A stretch of 64,000 nucleotides of DNA, taken from the NCBI GenBank assembly GCA_028707495.1, contig JAQWAS010000001.1:48382-112381 (forward strand), in the 5' to 3' direction. Positions 30,495-39,674 of the stretch are shown piece after piece; position 1 is the first letter of the stretch; each line of letters opens with the position of its first letter. The translations under genes and the position numbers were made by a program. Under the pieces are notes generated by a model. The model did not search any database. It was not told the origin of the DNA and saw nothing but the letters and a program-made list of their open reading frames with translations. This stretch comes from Patescibacteria group bacterium. Its GTDB lineage: Bacteria > Patescibacteriota > Patescibacteriia > UBA2591 > JAQWAS01.

Positions 30495-31127
30495 ATGGCC
30501 AGAAATTTAGATCCAAAATGTAAACAATGTCGACGCGAAGGCGAAAAACTCTTTTTAAAGGGTGAGCGTTGTTATTCAAGTAAATGTGCAATGGTTAAAC
30601 GTAAATATCCACCCGGACAACACGGAACTAAAAGAACTGGACGCATGTCGCAGTATGGTATTCAATTACGTCAGAAACAAAAAGCCAAACGCATGTATAT
30701 GGTTCTGGAAAAACAATTTAAAAATTATTTCTTGCAAGCCCGTAAATTAAAAGGTGATACCGGTAAAACTTTATTAGAATTATTAGAACGTCGCTTAGAT
30801 AATGTGGTTTATCGTTCATCATTATTAACTTCTCGTCAAGCTGCCCGTCAAGCTATAACACATGGTCATATTACAGTTAATAGTAAAAAAGTTGATATAC
30901 CATCTTATAGTGTTAAAAAGGGTGATGTGGTTAGTATTAAAGAGACGAGTAAAATGAAAAGTAAGATTGAAGAAGTTTTAAATTCAAATTCTGGCTCTCA
31001 GGAAATTCCTAAATGGTTGAAGGTTGATGTTAAAAAAATGACTATTCAAATTGAAAGCTTACCACAGCCAGAGGATCTACCGCAAGATGTTGATACATTA
31101 TTAATCACTGAGTTTTATTCAAGATAA
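30495..31127 (+). CDS. rpsD: 30S ribosomal protein S4
   Basis: MARNLDPKCKQCRREGEKLFLKGERC.. zinc-finger N-terminus and S4 domain. Confidence 0.9.
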   Translation: MARNLDPKCKQCRREGEKLFLKGERCYSSKCAMVKRKYPPGQHGTKRTGRMSQYGIQLRQKQKAKRMYMVLEKQFKNYFLQARKLKGDTGKTLLELLERRLDNVVYRSSLLTSRQAARQAITHGHITVNSKKVDIPSYSVKKGDVVSIKETSKMKSKIEEVLNSNSGSQEIPKWLKVDVKKMTIQIESLPQPEDLPQDVDTLLITEFYSR

Positions 31128-31154
31128 TTTTAAATTTTTTAAAAAACAAAAAAT

Positions 31155-31988
31155 ATGGAAAATATTCCTTTACCTAGTCAAGTTACTATTAATCAGGACA
31201 AAAATGATAAAAATCAAGCTGAAATTGTTGTCGAACCTTGCTATCCTGGTTATGGCTTGACTTTAGGAAATTCTTTACGTCGAGTTTTGTTGTCATCTTT
31301 AAAAGGCACAGCTATTTATGCGGTTAAAATTAAAGGCGTAGCTCATGAATTTTCCGGCATTCAATATGTAAAAGAAGACGTGGTAGATATTATTTTAAAT
31401 TTAAAACAAGTCCATTTAAAATCTTTCACTGACGAACCCGTGGAATTAGAATTAAAAGTTAAAGGTAAAAAGAAAGTTACAGCTGGCGATATTAGTAAGA
31501 ATGCTCAAGTGGAAATTATCAATAAAGATTTAGTTATTGCGACTTTAACAGACGCTAAAGCTGATTTTGATATGAAAATTTGGGTTGATAGAGGCTTAGG
31601 TTATATTCTGGTTGAAGAGAAAAAAGATTTTAATGCTGAGGTTGGCGTGATCGGAGTAGATGCGATTTACACACCAGTTTTAAAATGTGGTTTTAATGTT
31701 GAAAATGTGCGTGTCGGTGATCGTACCGATTATGATAAAATAATCTTTGATTTAGAAACTGACGGGACAATTACACCAGAAAACGCTTTTAATAAAGCGG
31801 CTGGAATTTTAGTCAGACAATTTGGCTTCATTTTAGATGCTACTCAGGGCGAGGATGTTAAGGAAATTAAAATTAAAAAAGAAAATGAAGACGTTGAAGA
31901 AGCTGAAGAAGTCGAAGAAAAAGAAGCCGAAAAGAAAACCAAAAAGATAGCCAAAGAAAAAGCCACTAATAAAAAAACCAAAAAATAA
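31155..31988 (+). CDS. rpoA: DNA-directed RNA polymerase alpha subunit; short form with K/E-rich tail in place of a canonical alpha-CTD
   Basis: NTD motifs EPCYPGYGLTLGNSLRRVLLSSL; total 277 aa; last about 50 aa low-complexity EEAEEVEEKEAEKKTKK. Confidence 0.85.
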   Translation: MENIPLPSQVTINQDKNDKNQAEIVVEPCYPGYGLTLGNSLRRVLLSSLKGTAIYAVKIKGVAHEFSGIQYVKEDVVDIILNLKQVHLKSFTDEPVELELKVKGKKKVTAGDISKNAQVEIINKDLVIATLTDAKADFDMKIWVDRGLGYILVEEKKDFNAEVGVIGVDAIYTPVLKCGFNVENVRVGDRTDYDKIIFDLETDGTITPENAFNKAAGILVRQFGFILDATQGEDVKEIKIKKENEDVEEAEEVEEKEAEKKTKKIAKEKATNKKTKK

Positions 31989-32025
31989 TTTTTTAAATTT
32001 AGATTTTATATTTTAATTTATTATT

Positions 32026-32376
32026 ATGCGTCACTTAAAGAAAGGTAGAAAACTAGATAGAAAAAAAGCGCCTCGTGAAGCTTTATTAAAAAATTTAGCT
32101 CAATCTTTGATTTTATATGAAAAAATTGAAACTACAGAGGCCAAAGCTAAAGAAATGCGTTCAATAGTCGAAAAAATGATTACTATTGGTAAAGAAAATA
32201 ATTTAACCACGCGTCGGCATTTGATAAGTCTTTTACCAACCAAAAACGCTGTTGATAAGGTTTTGGAAGTTTTAGGTCCAAAATACAAAGATCGACCCGG
32301 TGGTTATACTCGCATTGTGAAAATTGGGCCACGTCAAGGAGATGGCGCTAAAATAGTACAGATTAGTTTGGTGTAG
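32026..32376 (+). CDS. rplQ: 50S ribosomal protein L17
   Basis: MRHLKKGRKLDRK.. Confidence 0.9.
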   Translation: MRHLKKGRKLDRKKAPREALLKNLAQSLILYEKIETTEAKAKEMRSIVEKMITIGKENNLTTRRHLISLLPTKNAVDKVLEVLGPKYKDRPGGYTRIVKIGPRQGDGAKIVQISLV

Positions 32377-32432
32377 ATACAATATGGGATTTATTAGTGT
32401 TATTGGTATAAATTAGTATTATAAATATATAT

Positions 32433-32774
32433 ATGGAAAGACAAACAATAAAAATTGATGCCACAGACCAAGTTTTAGGTAGACTAGCAACTCAGATTGT
32501 GACTTTTTTGCGTGGTAAAAACAAGCCTGGCTTTAGACCTAATGTTGATGGGGGAGAAATAGTTATAATCGAAAATGCGTCTAAAATCAAGGTAACTGGT
32601 AATAAGATGGACAAGAAAGAATATTTTCGCTATTCTGGTTATCCCAGCGGACGTAAAAGTCGTAAAATGAATGAATTGTCTATGACTCAATTATTGACCA
32701 AGGCGGTTTATAATATGTTACCTAAAAATAAATTACGCAATTCAATGATGAAACGTTTAACCATTAACGAATAG
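32433..32774 (+). CDS. rplM: 50S ribosomal protein L13
   Basis: LGRLATQIVTFLRGKNKP.. Confidence 0.85.
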   Translation: MERQTIKIDATDQVLGRLATQIVTFLRGKNKPGFRPNVDGGEIVIIENASKIKVTGNKMDKKEYFRYSGYPSGRKSRKMNELSMTQLLTKAVYNMLPKNKLRNSMMKRLTINE

Positions 32775-32778
32775 ATCT

Positions 32779-33231
32779 ATGACCGAGAAAAAAAGTGTTG
32801 AAATTAAAGAAAAAAAAACAACCACAATTTCTAAATCCAAAGAAAAATATATTGGTGCCAGCGGCGGACGCAAAACAGCCACTGTTCAGGTGAGATTATA
32901 TCCACAAGGTAGTGGCGAGGTTGTTATTAACGATAAGAAATTAAAAGAATATTTTCCACAGCCAGAATTTCAAAGAATTGTTTTACAGTCTTTAAAAATG
33001 ACTGATGAAAAAAGTAGTCTTGATTTATCAATTAAAGTTAAGGGTGGCGGGGTGCACGGTCAGGCTGAAGCAATTCGACATGGTATTAGCCGAGCTTTAG
33101 TTAAATATAATGAAGAATATAGAACAACTTTAAAAAAGAATGGATTTTTAACTCGAGATGCACGTAAAAAAGAACGTAAAAAACCTGGCTTGAAAAAAGC
33201 TAGACGCGCCCCACAATGGAAGAAACGTTAA
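32779..33231 (+). CDS. rpsI: 30S ribosomal protein S9 (short N-terminal extension)
   Basis: GGRKTATVQVRLYPQGSG..C-terminal ARRAPQWKKR. Confidence 0.9.
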   Translation: MTEKKSVEIKEKKTTTISKSKEKYIGASGGRKTATVQVRLYPQGSGEVVINDKKLKEYFPQPEFQRIVLQSLKMTDEKSSLDLSIKVKGGGVHGQAEAIRHGISRALVKYNEEYRTTLKKNGFLTRDARKKERKKPGLKKARRAPQWKKR

Positions 33232-33304
33232 TAAGGAGGTTTATTATGGCTTGGGATGGCAGTGACTCTGAAGGCGATCAAAAGGTTATCAAAAAAAAGG
33301 TAAA

Positions 33305-33334
33305 AAGGGGATCGAAAGGTCCCCCCTTTTTTTA
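33305..33334 (+). terminator. rho-independent terminator after rpsI (gggga..tcccc + T7)
   Basis: GC hairpin followed by TTTTTTT. Confidence 0.6.
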
Positions 33335-33353
33335 TAAAAACATGATTCAGGAC

Positions 33354-33382
33354 TTGACATTTTTCTAAAAATAAGCTAAGAT
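33354..33382 (+). promoter_or_regulatory. promoter TTGACA-N17-TAAGAT for CAP-domain gene
   Basis: Consensus -35, 17-bp spacer. Confidence 0.5.
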
Positions 33383-33479
33383 TGAGGCGGTTCTTTAAAA
33401 GATTAACATAACTATAAAATTTTTACAAAAATAACCAAACAGAAATAACCAAACAAATCTTATTTAAAGGGAGAGAAAG

Positions 33480-34369
33480 ATGAAAAGATGTTGCGTATTA
33501 CTGGGATTGATTTTAATCTCGGTATTTTCCGTTCAGGGGTTTGAGAACGATCCAGACTTGAACCGAGAAAACTTGGTCGATATGATCAATAGCTATCGGG
33601 AAGATTACAAATATTCACCTCTAGAAATTAGCCCAACTCTGGAACGGTTGGCTATGGACTATTGCAAGAAAATTCTTCGAACGGGCGTAATTAATCCCGA
33701 CTCGGCGAGTTTGGATGGCGGGCTGACAGAGAGAATCAAAGCCAGTGGTTATAAGGGCACTTATCAATATCAAGTAGCTATGCAACGGAACGATGGTTTT
33801 AGTCTAAGCTACGTCCTGAGTCAATTATTCGAGGATTCCGAAGTACTTAGGAGCTCAGACTATCAGCACATTGGTATTGGTTATATCACTGCTTCACAAA
33901 AACCACCTACGTCATTATTTTTGGTGGGAGCGGTTCAAGCCAAAAAAAAGATTCACCACAAGATCTGATTAAAAACATTAACGATTTCAGGTCTTCGATT
34001 GGTGCGCCACCGTTAAAAAATAACCATCTCTTATCTTTGGCTGCCCAAAATCACTGTCAGTATTTATTTGAAGTGGAAGATTTTAGCCATTGGGGAAGAG
34101 ACGGGTCGTATCCGGCTGACAGGATTAAGGCTTGTGGATATAAAGCTGTCTACAGTGGCGAAAATCTTGCCGCTGTTGCTGGCGGATTTAATTCACAAGA
34201 GGTCGTTAAAGGATGGGAAAATAGCCCTAAACATCGAGAAATAATGTCGGATCGACATTACGAAGAGATAGGTATTGGCTATATCACCACAGACGAATGG
34301 GGATACGAAGATCTTTACGGTACAATGGTGACTATCTATGTGGTGACCTTTGGGGCTCGTGATGATTAG
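33480..34369 (+). pseudogene. secreted tandem CAP/SCP (PR-1-like) domain protein interrupted by a -1 frameshift in an A8 tract at 33942-33949 (ORFs 33480-33968 and about 33941-34369)
   Basis: Signal peptide; both halves begin with a CAP-type N-terminus and carry GIGY; second half has GENLAAV and HYEEIGIGY; adding one A restores a single about 300-aa frame. Confidence 0.5.
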
Positions 34370-34385
34370 TGAAATTTTATTAACA

Positions 34386-34420
34386 AAAGGGATGGTGTAA
34401 GCCGTCCCTTAAAATTTATA
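34386..34420 (+). terminator. candidate terminator (agggatgg..ccgtccct)
   Basis: 8-bp stem with one G-U pair; weak T tract. Confidence 0.35.
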
Positions 34421-34515
34421 ATTATTTTTTTAAACAAAATAAAAATTAAAATTAAATTTTAAAAACTTAAATTTAAAAATTTAAAAAATAAAAGGTTTAT
34501 TTTTTTGTTTTTTTA

Positions 34516-35967
34516 ATGTATAATAAATATATTATGACATCTGGTCGCATAACTAAAAACACGTTTTATTTGACTTTAGCCTATGTAATCCAAAAGGTGA
34601 TAGCTTTTGTTTATTTTGCATTATTAGCTCGCTTTTTGGGGGCTGGAGACGTTGGTAAATATGTTTTTGCTTTATCTTTCACAACTATATTTTCAGTTTT
34701 TGTGGATGTGGGTTTGAATTCAGTTTTAACTCGGGAAGTAGCTAAACAAAAAGATAAAAGCAATGTTTTTTTAAAAAATGTTTTTACTTTTAAATTAATT
34801 GCCTCGGTGCTTATTTATGGAGCGATTGTGTTAGTAATTAATTTATTGGGCTATCAGACAATCACCAAACAATTAGTTTATTTAGCTGGTTTAGTCATGA
34901 TTCTGGATTCTTTTACTTTAAGTTTTTATGCTATTTTTCGGGGTCATCAAAATTTAAAATATGAAGGTATTGGCACAATTATTTATCAAATAATTGTCAT
35001 GACTGGTGGTGGAATAGCGATTTTTTTAAAATTACCTTTGCACGTTTTTATTTCTGTTTTAATTTTAGCTAGTTTATTTAACTTTAGTTTTTCTCTAATA
35101 TTGTTATACAAAAAATTAAATATTCAATTAGGTTGGCAAATCGACAAGCCAATTTTAAAATTTTTGTTAACCATTACAATTCCCTTTGCCATTGCCGGCA
35201 TTTTTATTAAAGTTTATTCTTATATGGATCAGGTTTTGTTATCAAAATTAGCCGGTGATACTGCCTTGGGTTTTTATAGTGTAGGCTATAAATTAACTTT
35301 TGCCTTACAATTTATTCCAGCAGCTTTTGGGGCGTCTATTTTTCCAGCTTTGGCAGAATTTTATGTTCAGGCACGAGAAAAATTGTCACAAACTTTCGAA
35401 AAAGCTATTAGCTATTTAAGCGTTTTGGCTTTTCCAATTTCAGTTGGTGGTTTCATTTTAGCTGATAAAATTATTTTAGAAATTTATGGTCCGGAATATC
35501 AAGCCTCAATCTTGGTTTTGCAAATTTTGATTTGTGCTATGTTTTTTATTTTTATCAATTATCCACTGGGTTCAATTTTAAACGCTTGTGATCGTCAGAA
35601 AAATAATACGATCAATATTGGCATAACTATGGTAGTAAATATTATTTTAAATTTAATTTTAATTCCACGTTATACTTATTTGGGTGCATCTATCGCAGCT
35701 TTGATTAGCCATGGTTTACTGACAGGTTTAGGTTTGTATTGGGTGGGTAAGACTATTGATTATAACCGCTGGCATGTTTGGAAGATAATTTTAAAATCGA
35801 TTTTGGCTAGTTTGATTATGGGTGGAGTGATTTATTGTTTTAAATCTTGGTTATGGTGGCCATTTTGGATTCCGGTGGGTGGTGGAATCTATATTTTAAT
35901 TATTATTTTAATTGGCGGTTTAAAACGCCAAGATGTACAATCAATTTTACTTTCGTTTAAAAAATAA
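34516..35967 (+). CDS. wzx: oligosaccharide flippase Wzx (MOP superfamily)
   Basis: 483 aa, about 12-14 TM, polysaccharide-biosynthesis-protein pattern. Confidence 0.65.
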   Translation: MYNKYIMTSGRITKNTFYLTLAYVIQKVIAFVYFALLARFLGAGDVGKYVFALSFTTIFSVFVDVGLNSVLTREVAKQKDKSNVFLKNVFTFKLIASVLIYGAIVLVINLLGYQTITKQLVYLAGLVMILDSFTLSFYAIFRGHQNLKYEGIGTIIYQIIVMTGGGIAIFLKLPLHVFISVLILASLFNFSFSLILLYKKLNIQLGWQIDKPILKFLLTITIPFAIAGIFIKVYSYMDQVLLSKLAGDTALGFYSVGYKLTFALQFIPAAFGASIFPALAEFYVQAREKLSQTFEKAISYLSVLAFPISVGGFILADKIILEIYGPEYQASILVLQILICAMFFIFINYPLGSILNACDRQKNNTINIGITMVVNIILNLILIPRYTYLGASIAALISHGLLTGLGLYWVGKTIDYNRWHVWKIILKSILASLIMGGVIYCFKSWLWWPFWIPVGGGIYILIIILIGGLKRQDVQSILLSFKK

Positions 35968-35972
35968 TTTAT

Positions 35973-37109
35973 ATGAAGATTTTAATTATTAATCCCAATT
36001 CTGATGGTGGCGTGTGCCAATACACGCAAGCCCTATGCCAGGCTTTAGAAAAAGAGCGAGCCAGTTTTATTTTATTAACTACTCAGGGTAAAAATGAGTT
36101 AGATTATTTTAAAAATGATTTTATAATTCGCCGCGAATTGAAATCGCCACGGGCGTTTTTATTTTTTAAATTATGGCGTTATTGGCACAATCGCCGTTGT
36201 ATTTTAAAAATGGTTCGTCGGGAAAAAATCGATGTAGTACATTTTGAGTGGTTATTGAGTCAAACTATGGATACCGGTTTAATAAAGAAATTACAGCGTT
36301 TAAACATTTTAACTGTTTACACGGCGCATAATATTTTACCGCACGAAGCTCGACCGGGAGATAAGCGTAAATTAAAAAAAATTTATCAAACAGTTGAAAA
36401 AATAATAGTTCACGCTGAAAATAATAAACAAGATCTAATTGATAATTTTAATATTCCAGCTAACAAAATAGATGTTATTTTCCATGGTAATTTTTTAAAT
36501 GTGGTTAAATTGCAATCAGAATTAACTTTTCTTGAAGCGCGCCGCATGTTAGGTTTAGAACAAAACAATTTTATAATTTTATTTTTTGGCAACGTGCGAC
36601 CCTATCGCGGATTAGATGTTTTAATTAAAGCCATGGTATATTTACGCAAATATTCCAATATTAAACTGGTGATTGCCGGTAAAATTCATGATTTTGAAAT
36701 TACGCAGGATTTGATTGATTTGTTTAAAGTTCGTGAAAGTACAGATTTTCATTTAAATTATATCTCGCTAGATGAAGTGCATAAATATTTTTATGCGGCT
36801 GATGTGGTGGTATTACCTTATCATAAAATTTATCAAAGTGGAGCAATTCAATTAGCTTATTCTTTTGGTCGACCGGTAATTAGTACCCAAACTGGTGGTG
36901 TGCCAGAAGTTATTGATGAAGATAAAAGTGGTTTTGTTATTCCGGTTGATGATTCTAAAATATTGGCTAAAAAGATTTTAACAATGTATCAGAATTTAGA
37001 TAAAACCAAATTAATGGGACGCTATAGTTTAGAATTAGCCAAGCAAAAATTTGATTGGACGGACATAGCTAAAAAAACCATTCAAGTTTATCAAAATAAT
37101 TTAAAATAA
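35973..37109 (+). CDS. glycosyltransferase family 1 (GT4-like)
   Basis: C-terminal GT-B nucleotide-sugar binding region (GRPVISTQTGGVPEVI). Confidence 0.7.
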   Translation: MKILIINPNSDGGVCQYTQALCQALEKERASFILLTTQGKNELDYFKNDFIIRRELKSPRAFLFFKLWRYWHNRRCILKMVRREKIDVVHFEWLLSQTMDTGLIKKLQRLNILTVYTAHNILPHEARPGDKRKLKKIYQTVEKIIVHAENNKQDLIDNFNIPANKIDVIFHGNFLNVVKLQSELTFLEARRMLGLEQNNFIILFFGNVRPYRGLDVLIKAMVYLRKYSNIKLVIAGKIHDFEITQDLIDLFKVRESTDFHLNYISLDEVHKYFYAADVVVLPYHKIYQSGAIQLAYSFGRPVISTQTGGVPEVIDEDKSGFVIPVDDSKILAKKILTMYQNLDKTKLMGRYSLELAKQKFDWTDIAKKTIQVYQNNLK

Positions 37110-37110
37110 T

Positions 37111-37833
37111 ATGCCACGATTGAGTGTTATAATTCCGACCTATCAGGATGGTAAATTAATTTCACAAACCATTGAATCAATTTTAGATCAAAATTTTAAA
37201 GATTTTGAAATTATTGTCGTGGTGGATGGTTCGACCGACGATACCTTAGAGAATTTAAAATGTTATAAAAACAAGATCAAGATTTTTTATCAGACCAACC
37301 AAGGCGCACCAGCAGCCCGTAATCGAGGGCTAAGAGAAGCTAATCCAAATTCAGAATTTATTATTTTTTGTGATAGCGATATGATATTATATGAAACAGC
37401 TTTTGAAAAAATGATCCAAATTTTAGAGCAACATCCCGACAAAAGTTATGTTTATAGTTCGTTCAGGTGGGGAAGTAAAAAATTTAAATTGCATGAATTT
37501 GATGCTATGAAATTAAAACAAGAAAATTATATTCACACCAGCTCGATGATCCGTCGTTGTGACTTTTCTCAACAAGGTTGGGACGAAAGTTTAAAAAGAT
37601 TTCAAGATTGGGATTTGTGGTTAACCATGTTAGAGCAAGGTAAAACCGGTAAATGGATTGATGAGATTTTATTTTATTTTTCTCCAGGCAAAAATCGTAT
37701 TAGTTCATGGTTGCCCAAATTTGTTTATAAAATACCTTGGCAGAAAATTGGTTGGGCGCCAACTTTAATCCAAAAATATTTTCAAGCCAAAAAAATTATT
37801 CAAAAGAAGCATACTCTTGACAGAAAAAGTTAG
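37111..37833 (+). CDS. glycosyltransferase family 2
   Basis: LSVIIPTYQDG..IIVVVDGSTDDT and CDSDM DxD motif. Confidence 0.75.
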   Translation: MPRLSVIIPTYQDGKLISQTIESILDQNFKDFEIIVVVDGSTDDTLENLKCYKNKIKIFYQTNQGAPAARNRGLREANPNSEFIIFCDSDMILYETAFEKMIQILEQHPDKSYVYSSFRWGSKKFKLHEFDAMKLKQENYIHTSSMIRRCDFSQQGWDESLKRFQDWDLWLTMLEQGKTGKWIDEILFYFSPGKNRISSWLPKFVYKIPWQKIGWAPTLIQKYFQAKKIIQKKHTLDRKS

Positions 37834-37892
37834 TCATGATAAATTATAAATTAAGATTGATCTTTTTAATTTTTTAAAAAAAGGAGGTTCTA

Positions 37893-38138
37893 TTGGTTCA
37901 CGAACAGGGAATCTTAAATTGGGTAGAAGACATGTTAAGGGGGTTGTTGGATGGTCAATTTTTAGAGGGGTTAAACATGACCTTTGGCCCCCAAGACAAA
38001 GAGCTTATAGCTCAAAGAATTATGGATGAATGGAATATCGATTTTTCCCCAGGTGACATTGTTAATAATGTAACAGTCAGGCTATTAGTTGATATAATTG
38101 AAAAAAAAATAGAAAGGAAAAAAATTGCTGGAAATTAG
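37893..38138 (+). CDS. small ACP-like protein, paralog 1 (81 aa; TTG start with perfect SD)
   Basis: aaggaggt SD; C-terminal DEWNIDFSPGDI..TVRLLVDII resembles ACP helix III-IV (EEFDTEIPDEEAEKITTV..AIDYI); no canonical DSL serine. Confidence 0.45.
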   Translation: MVHEQGILNWVEDMLRGLLDGQFLEGLNMTFGPQDKELIAQRIMDEWNIDFSPGDIVNNVTVRLLVDIIEKKIERKKIAGN

Positions 38139-38364
38139 TTTAATGGATGTTCAAAAAATTCTCATGTTTGTTCTTGGCATTGCTTGTTCTAGAGCTTTAT
38201 CGGCTCAAAGCAATATTTCGGACAAAATGGAAGAAGCGTCTTTTAGAGAAGAAATAGCTAAAAAACTTCAAGATGAATTTAACATCCAAATTAATCCTGA
38301 CGATATAAAAGGTATATCCACTCCAAGAGAGTTAACTAAGTTTTTAATTAACTCCTCAAATTAG
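38125..38364 (+). CDS. small ACP-like protein, paralog 2 (79 aa)
   Basis: DEFNIQINPDDIKGISTPRELTKFLI; overlaps paralog 1 by 14 nt (translational coupling). Confidence 0.45.
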   Translation: MLEISLMDVQKILMFVLGIACSRALSAQSNISDKMEEASFREEIAKKLQDEFNIQINPDDIKGISTPRELTKFLINSSN

Positions 38365-38371
38365 AAGATCT

Positions 38372-38404
38372 TGAAGCTCGTGCATTTGCGCGAGCTTTTT
38401 ATTT
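38372..38404 (+). terminator. rho-independent terminator (aagctcg..cgagctt + T5)
   Basis: 7-bp stem plus TTTTT. Confidence 0.55.
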
Positions 38405-38408
38405 ACTC

Positions 38409-38437
38409 TTGACAAGAAATTAAATATATGCTAGTAT
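38409..38437 (+). promoter_or_regulatory. promoter module copy 2: TTGACA-N17-TAGTAT
   Basis: Near-identical to 8215-8243. Confidence 0.55.
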
Positions 38438-38483
38438 TAAATAATAATAAAAAAATTAAAACTAAAAAATAGAAAGAGGAAGA

Positions 38484-38735
38484 ATGTGTGTTAACAAATT
38501 TAATCCCGCACGAGAAATTCCCAAGATTATTGCTACCACCTTAGGAATTGAAGTTGGTGAAATAGGTTTGGGAACTAAGGTGCAAGATCTAATAGATCAC
38601 GATAATCCGGATTCCAGAGAGCAGTTGATCTGCGCTTTAACATCTGTCAAAGAAGTTAGAGTGAGTAGAGCTGATATTTTTGGACTTAAAACGGTAATAG
38701 AGATAATAAATCTCTTTTATGAAAGAATCTTCTGA
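38484..38735 (+). CDS. small ACP-like protein, paralog 3 (83 aa) with DS motif
   Basis: Good SD aaagagga; NPDSREQLICAL aligns with the ACP DSLxxVEL helix II; own promoter and terminator. Confidence 0.45.
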   Translation: MCVNKFNPAREIPKIIATTLGIEVGEIGLGTKVQDLIDHDNPDSREQLICALTSVKEVRVSRADIFGLKTVIEIINLFYERIF

Positions 38736-38744
38736 TGATGAATT

Positions 38745-38780
38745 TAAACCCCGCCTAGTCGGGGTTTTCCTTTGTTTTAA
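38745..38780 (+). terminator. rho-independent terminator (aaccccg..cggggtt + T)
   Basis: 7-bp stem plus T tract. Confidence 0.6.
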
Positions 38781-38807
38781 ATTTAAAAATAGGTTAAAAT
38801 AGTATAT

Positions 38808-39674
38808 ATGTCTCAACAAATTGATTTATCAATTATTATTGTTAATTGGAATGTTAAGGATTTATTGATCAAATCTTTGCAAAGTATTTTAGATAACACA
38901 CATGATATTAATTATGAAATTATTGTAGTAGATAATGCTTCGCAAGATGGTAGCGCAGATACGATTAAAGAAAAATTTCCGCAAATAAAGTTGATCGTCA
39001 ATCAACAAAATTTGGGTTATGCTCGAGCTAATAACCAGGGCATTCAACAGGCCAGGGGAGAGTATATTTTATTATTAAACCCAGATACATTGATTTTGGA
39101 AAACGCTTTGGTAAAATGTTTAAATTATATTAAAATTAATCCCAATATCGGAGTTTTAGGTTGTCGATTATTAAATCCTGATGGCTCTTTACAGCCGTCT
39201 GTAAGGCGTTTTCCGGGGCTTTGGGATCAAGTTGGTATATTACTCAAATTACATCACATTATGCCAAATTTAGCCGTTTTTAAACGTTATTTAGCAAATG
39301 ATTTAGATTATAGTCGTAGCCAGTCGGTTGAGCAGGTGATGGGTGCTTTTTTCTTAATTCCACACAAAATTATAAATCAAGTTGGTTTATTAGACGAAAT
39401 TTTTTTTATCTGGTTTGAGGAAGTAGATTATTGTCAACGAGTTAAGCAAGCTGGCCATCAAGTCTATTATTTTAATCAAGCGCAAATTATTCATCATTTT
39501 GGTCAAAGCTTTAAACAAAGATTGAGTTTAGACAAACAAAAAATTTTTAATCAAAGTTTGAGTTATTATTTTAAAAAACACCATTCTAAATTAGAATATA
39601 TAATTATTAATTTATTGCGACCCGTAAGTTTGGCGTTAGCTGGTTTAAGTCAGATTTTTAATTTTAAACAATGA
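38808..39674 (+). CDS. glycosyltransferase family 2
   Basis: LSIIIVNWN..VVDNASQDGS; LLLNPDT; EEVDYCQRV. Confidence 0.75.
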   Translation: MSQQIDLSIIIVNWNVKDLLIKSLQSILDNTHDINYEIIVVDNASQDGSADTIKEKFPQIKLIVNQQNLGYARANNQGIQQARGEYILLLNPDTLILENALVKCLNYIKINPNIGVLGCRLLNPDGSLQPSVRRFPGLWDQVGILLKLHHIMPNLAVFKRYLANDLDYSRSQSVEQVMGAFFLIPHKIINQVGLLDEIFFIWFEEVDYCQRVKQAGHQVYYFNQAQIIHHFGQSFKQRLSLDKQKIFNQSLSYYFKKHHSKLEYIIINLLRPVSLALAGLSQIFNFKQ

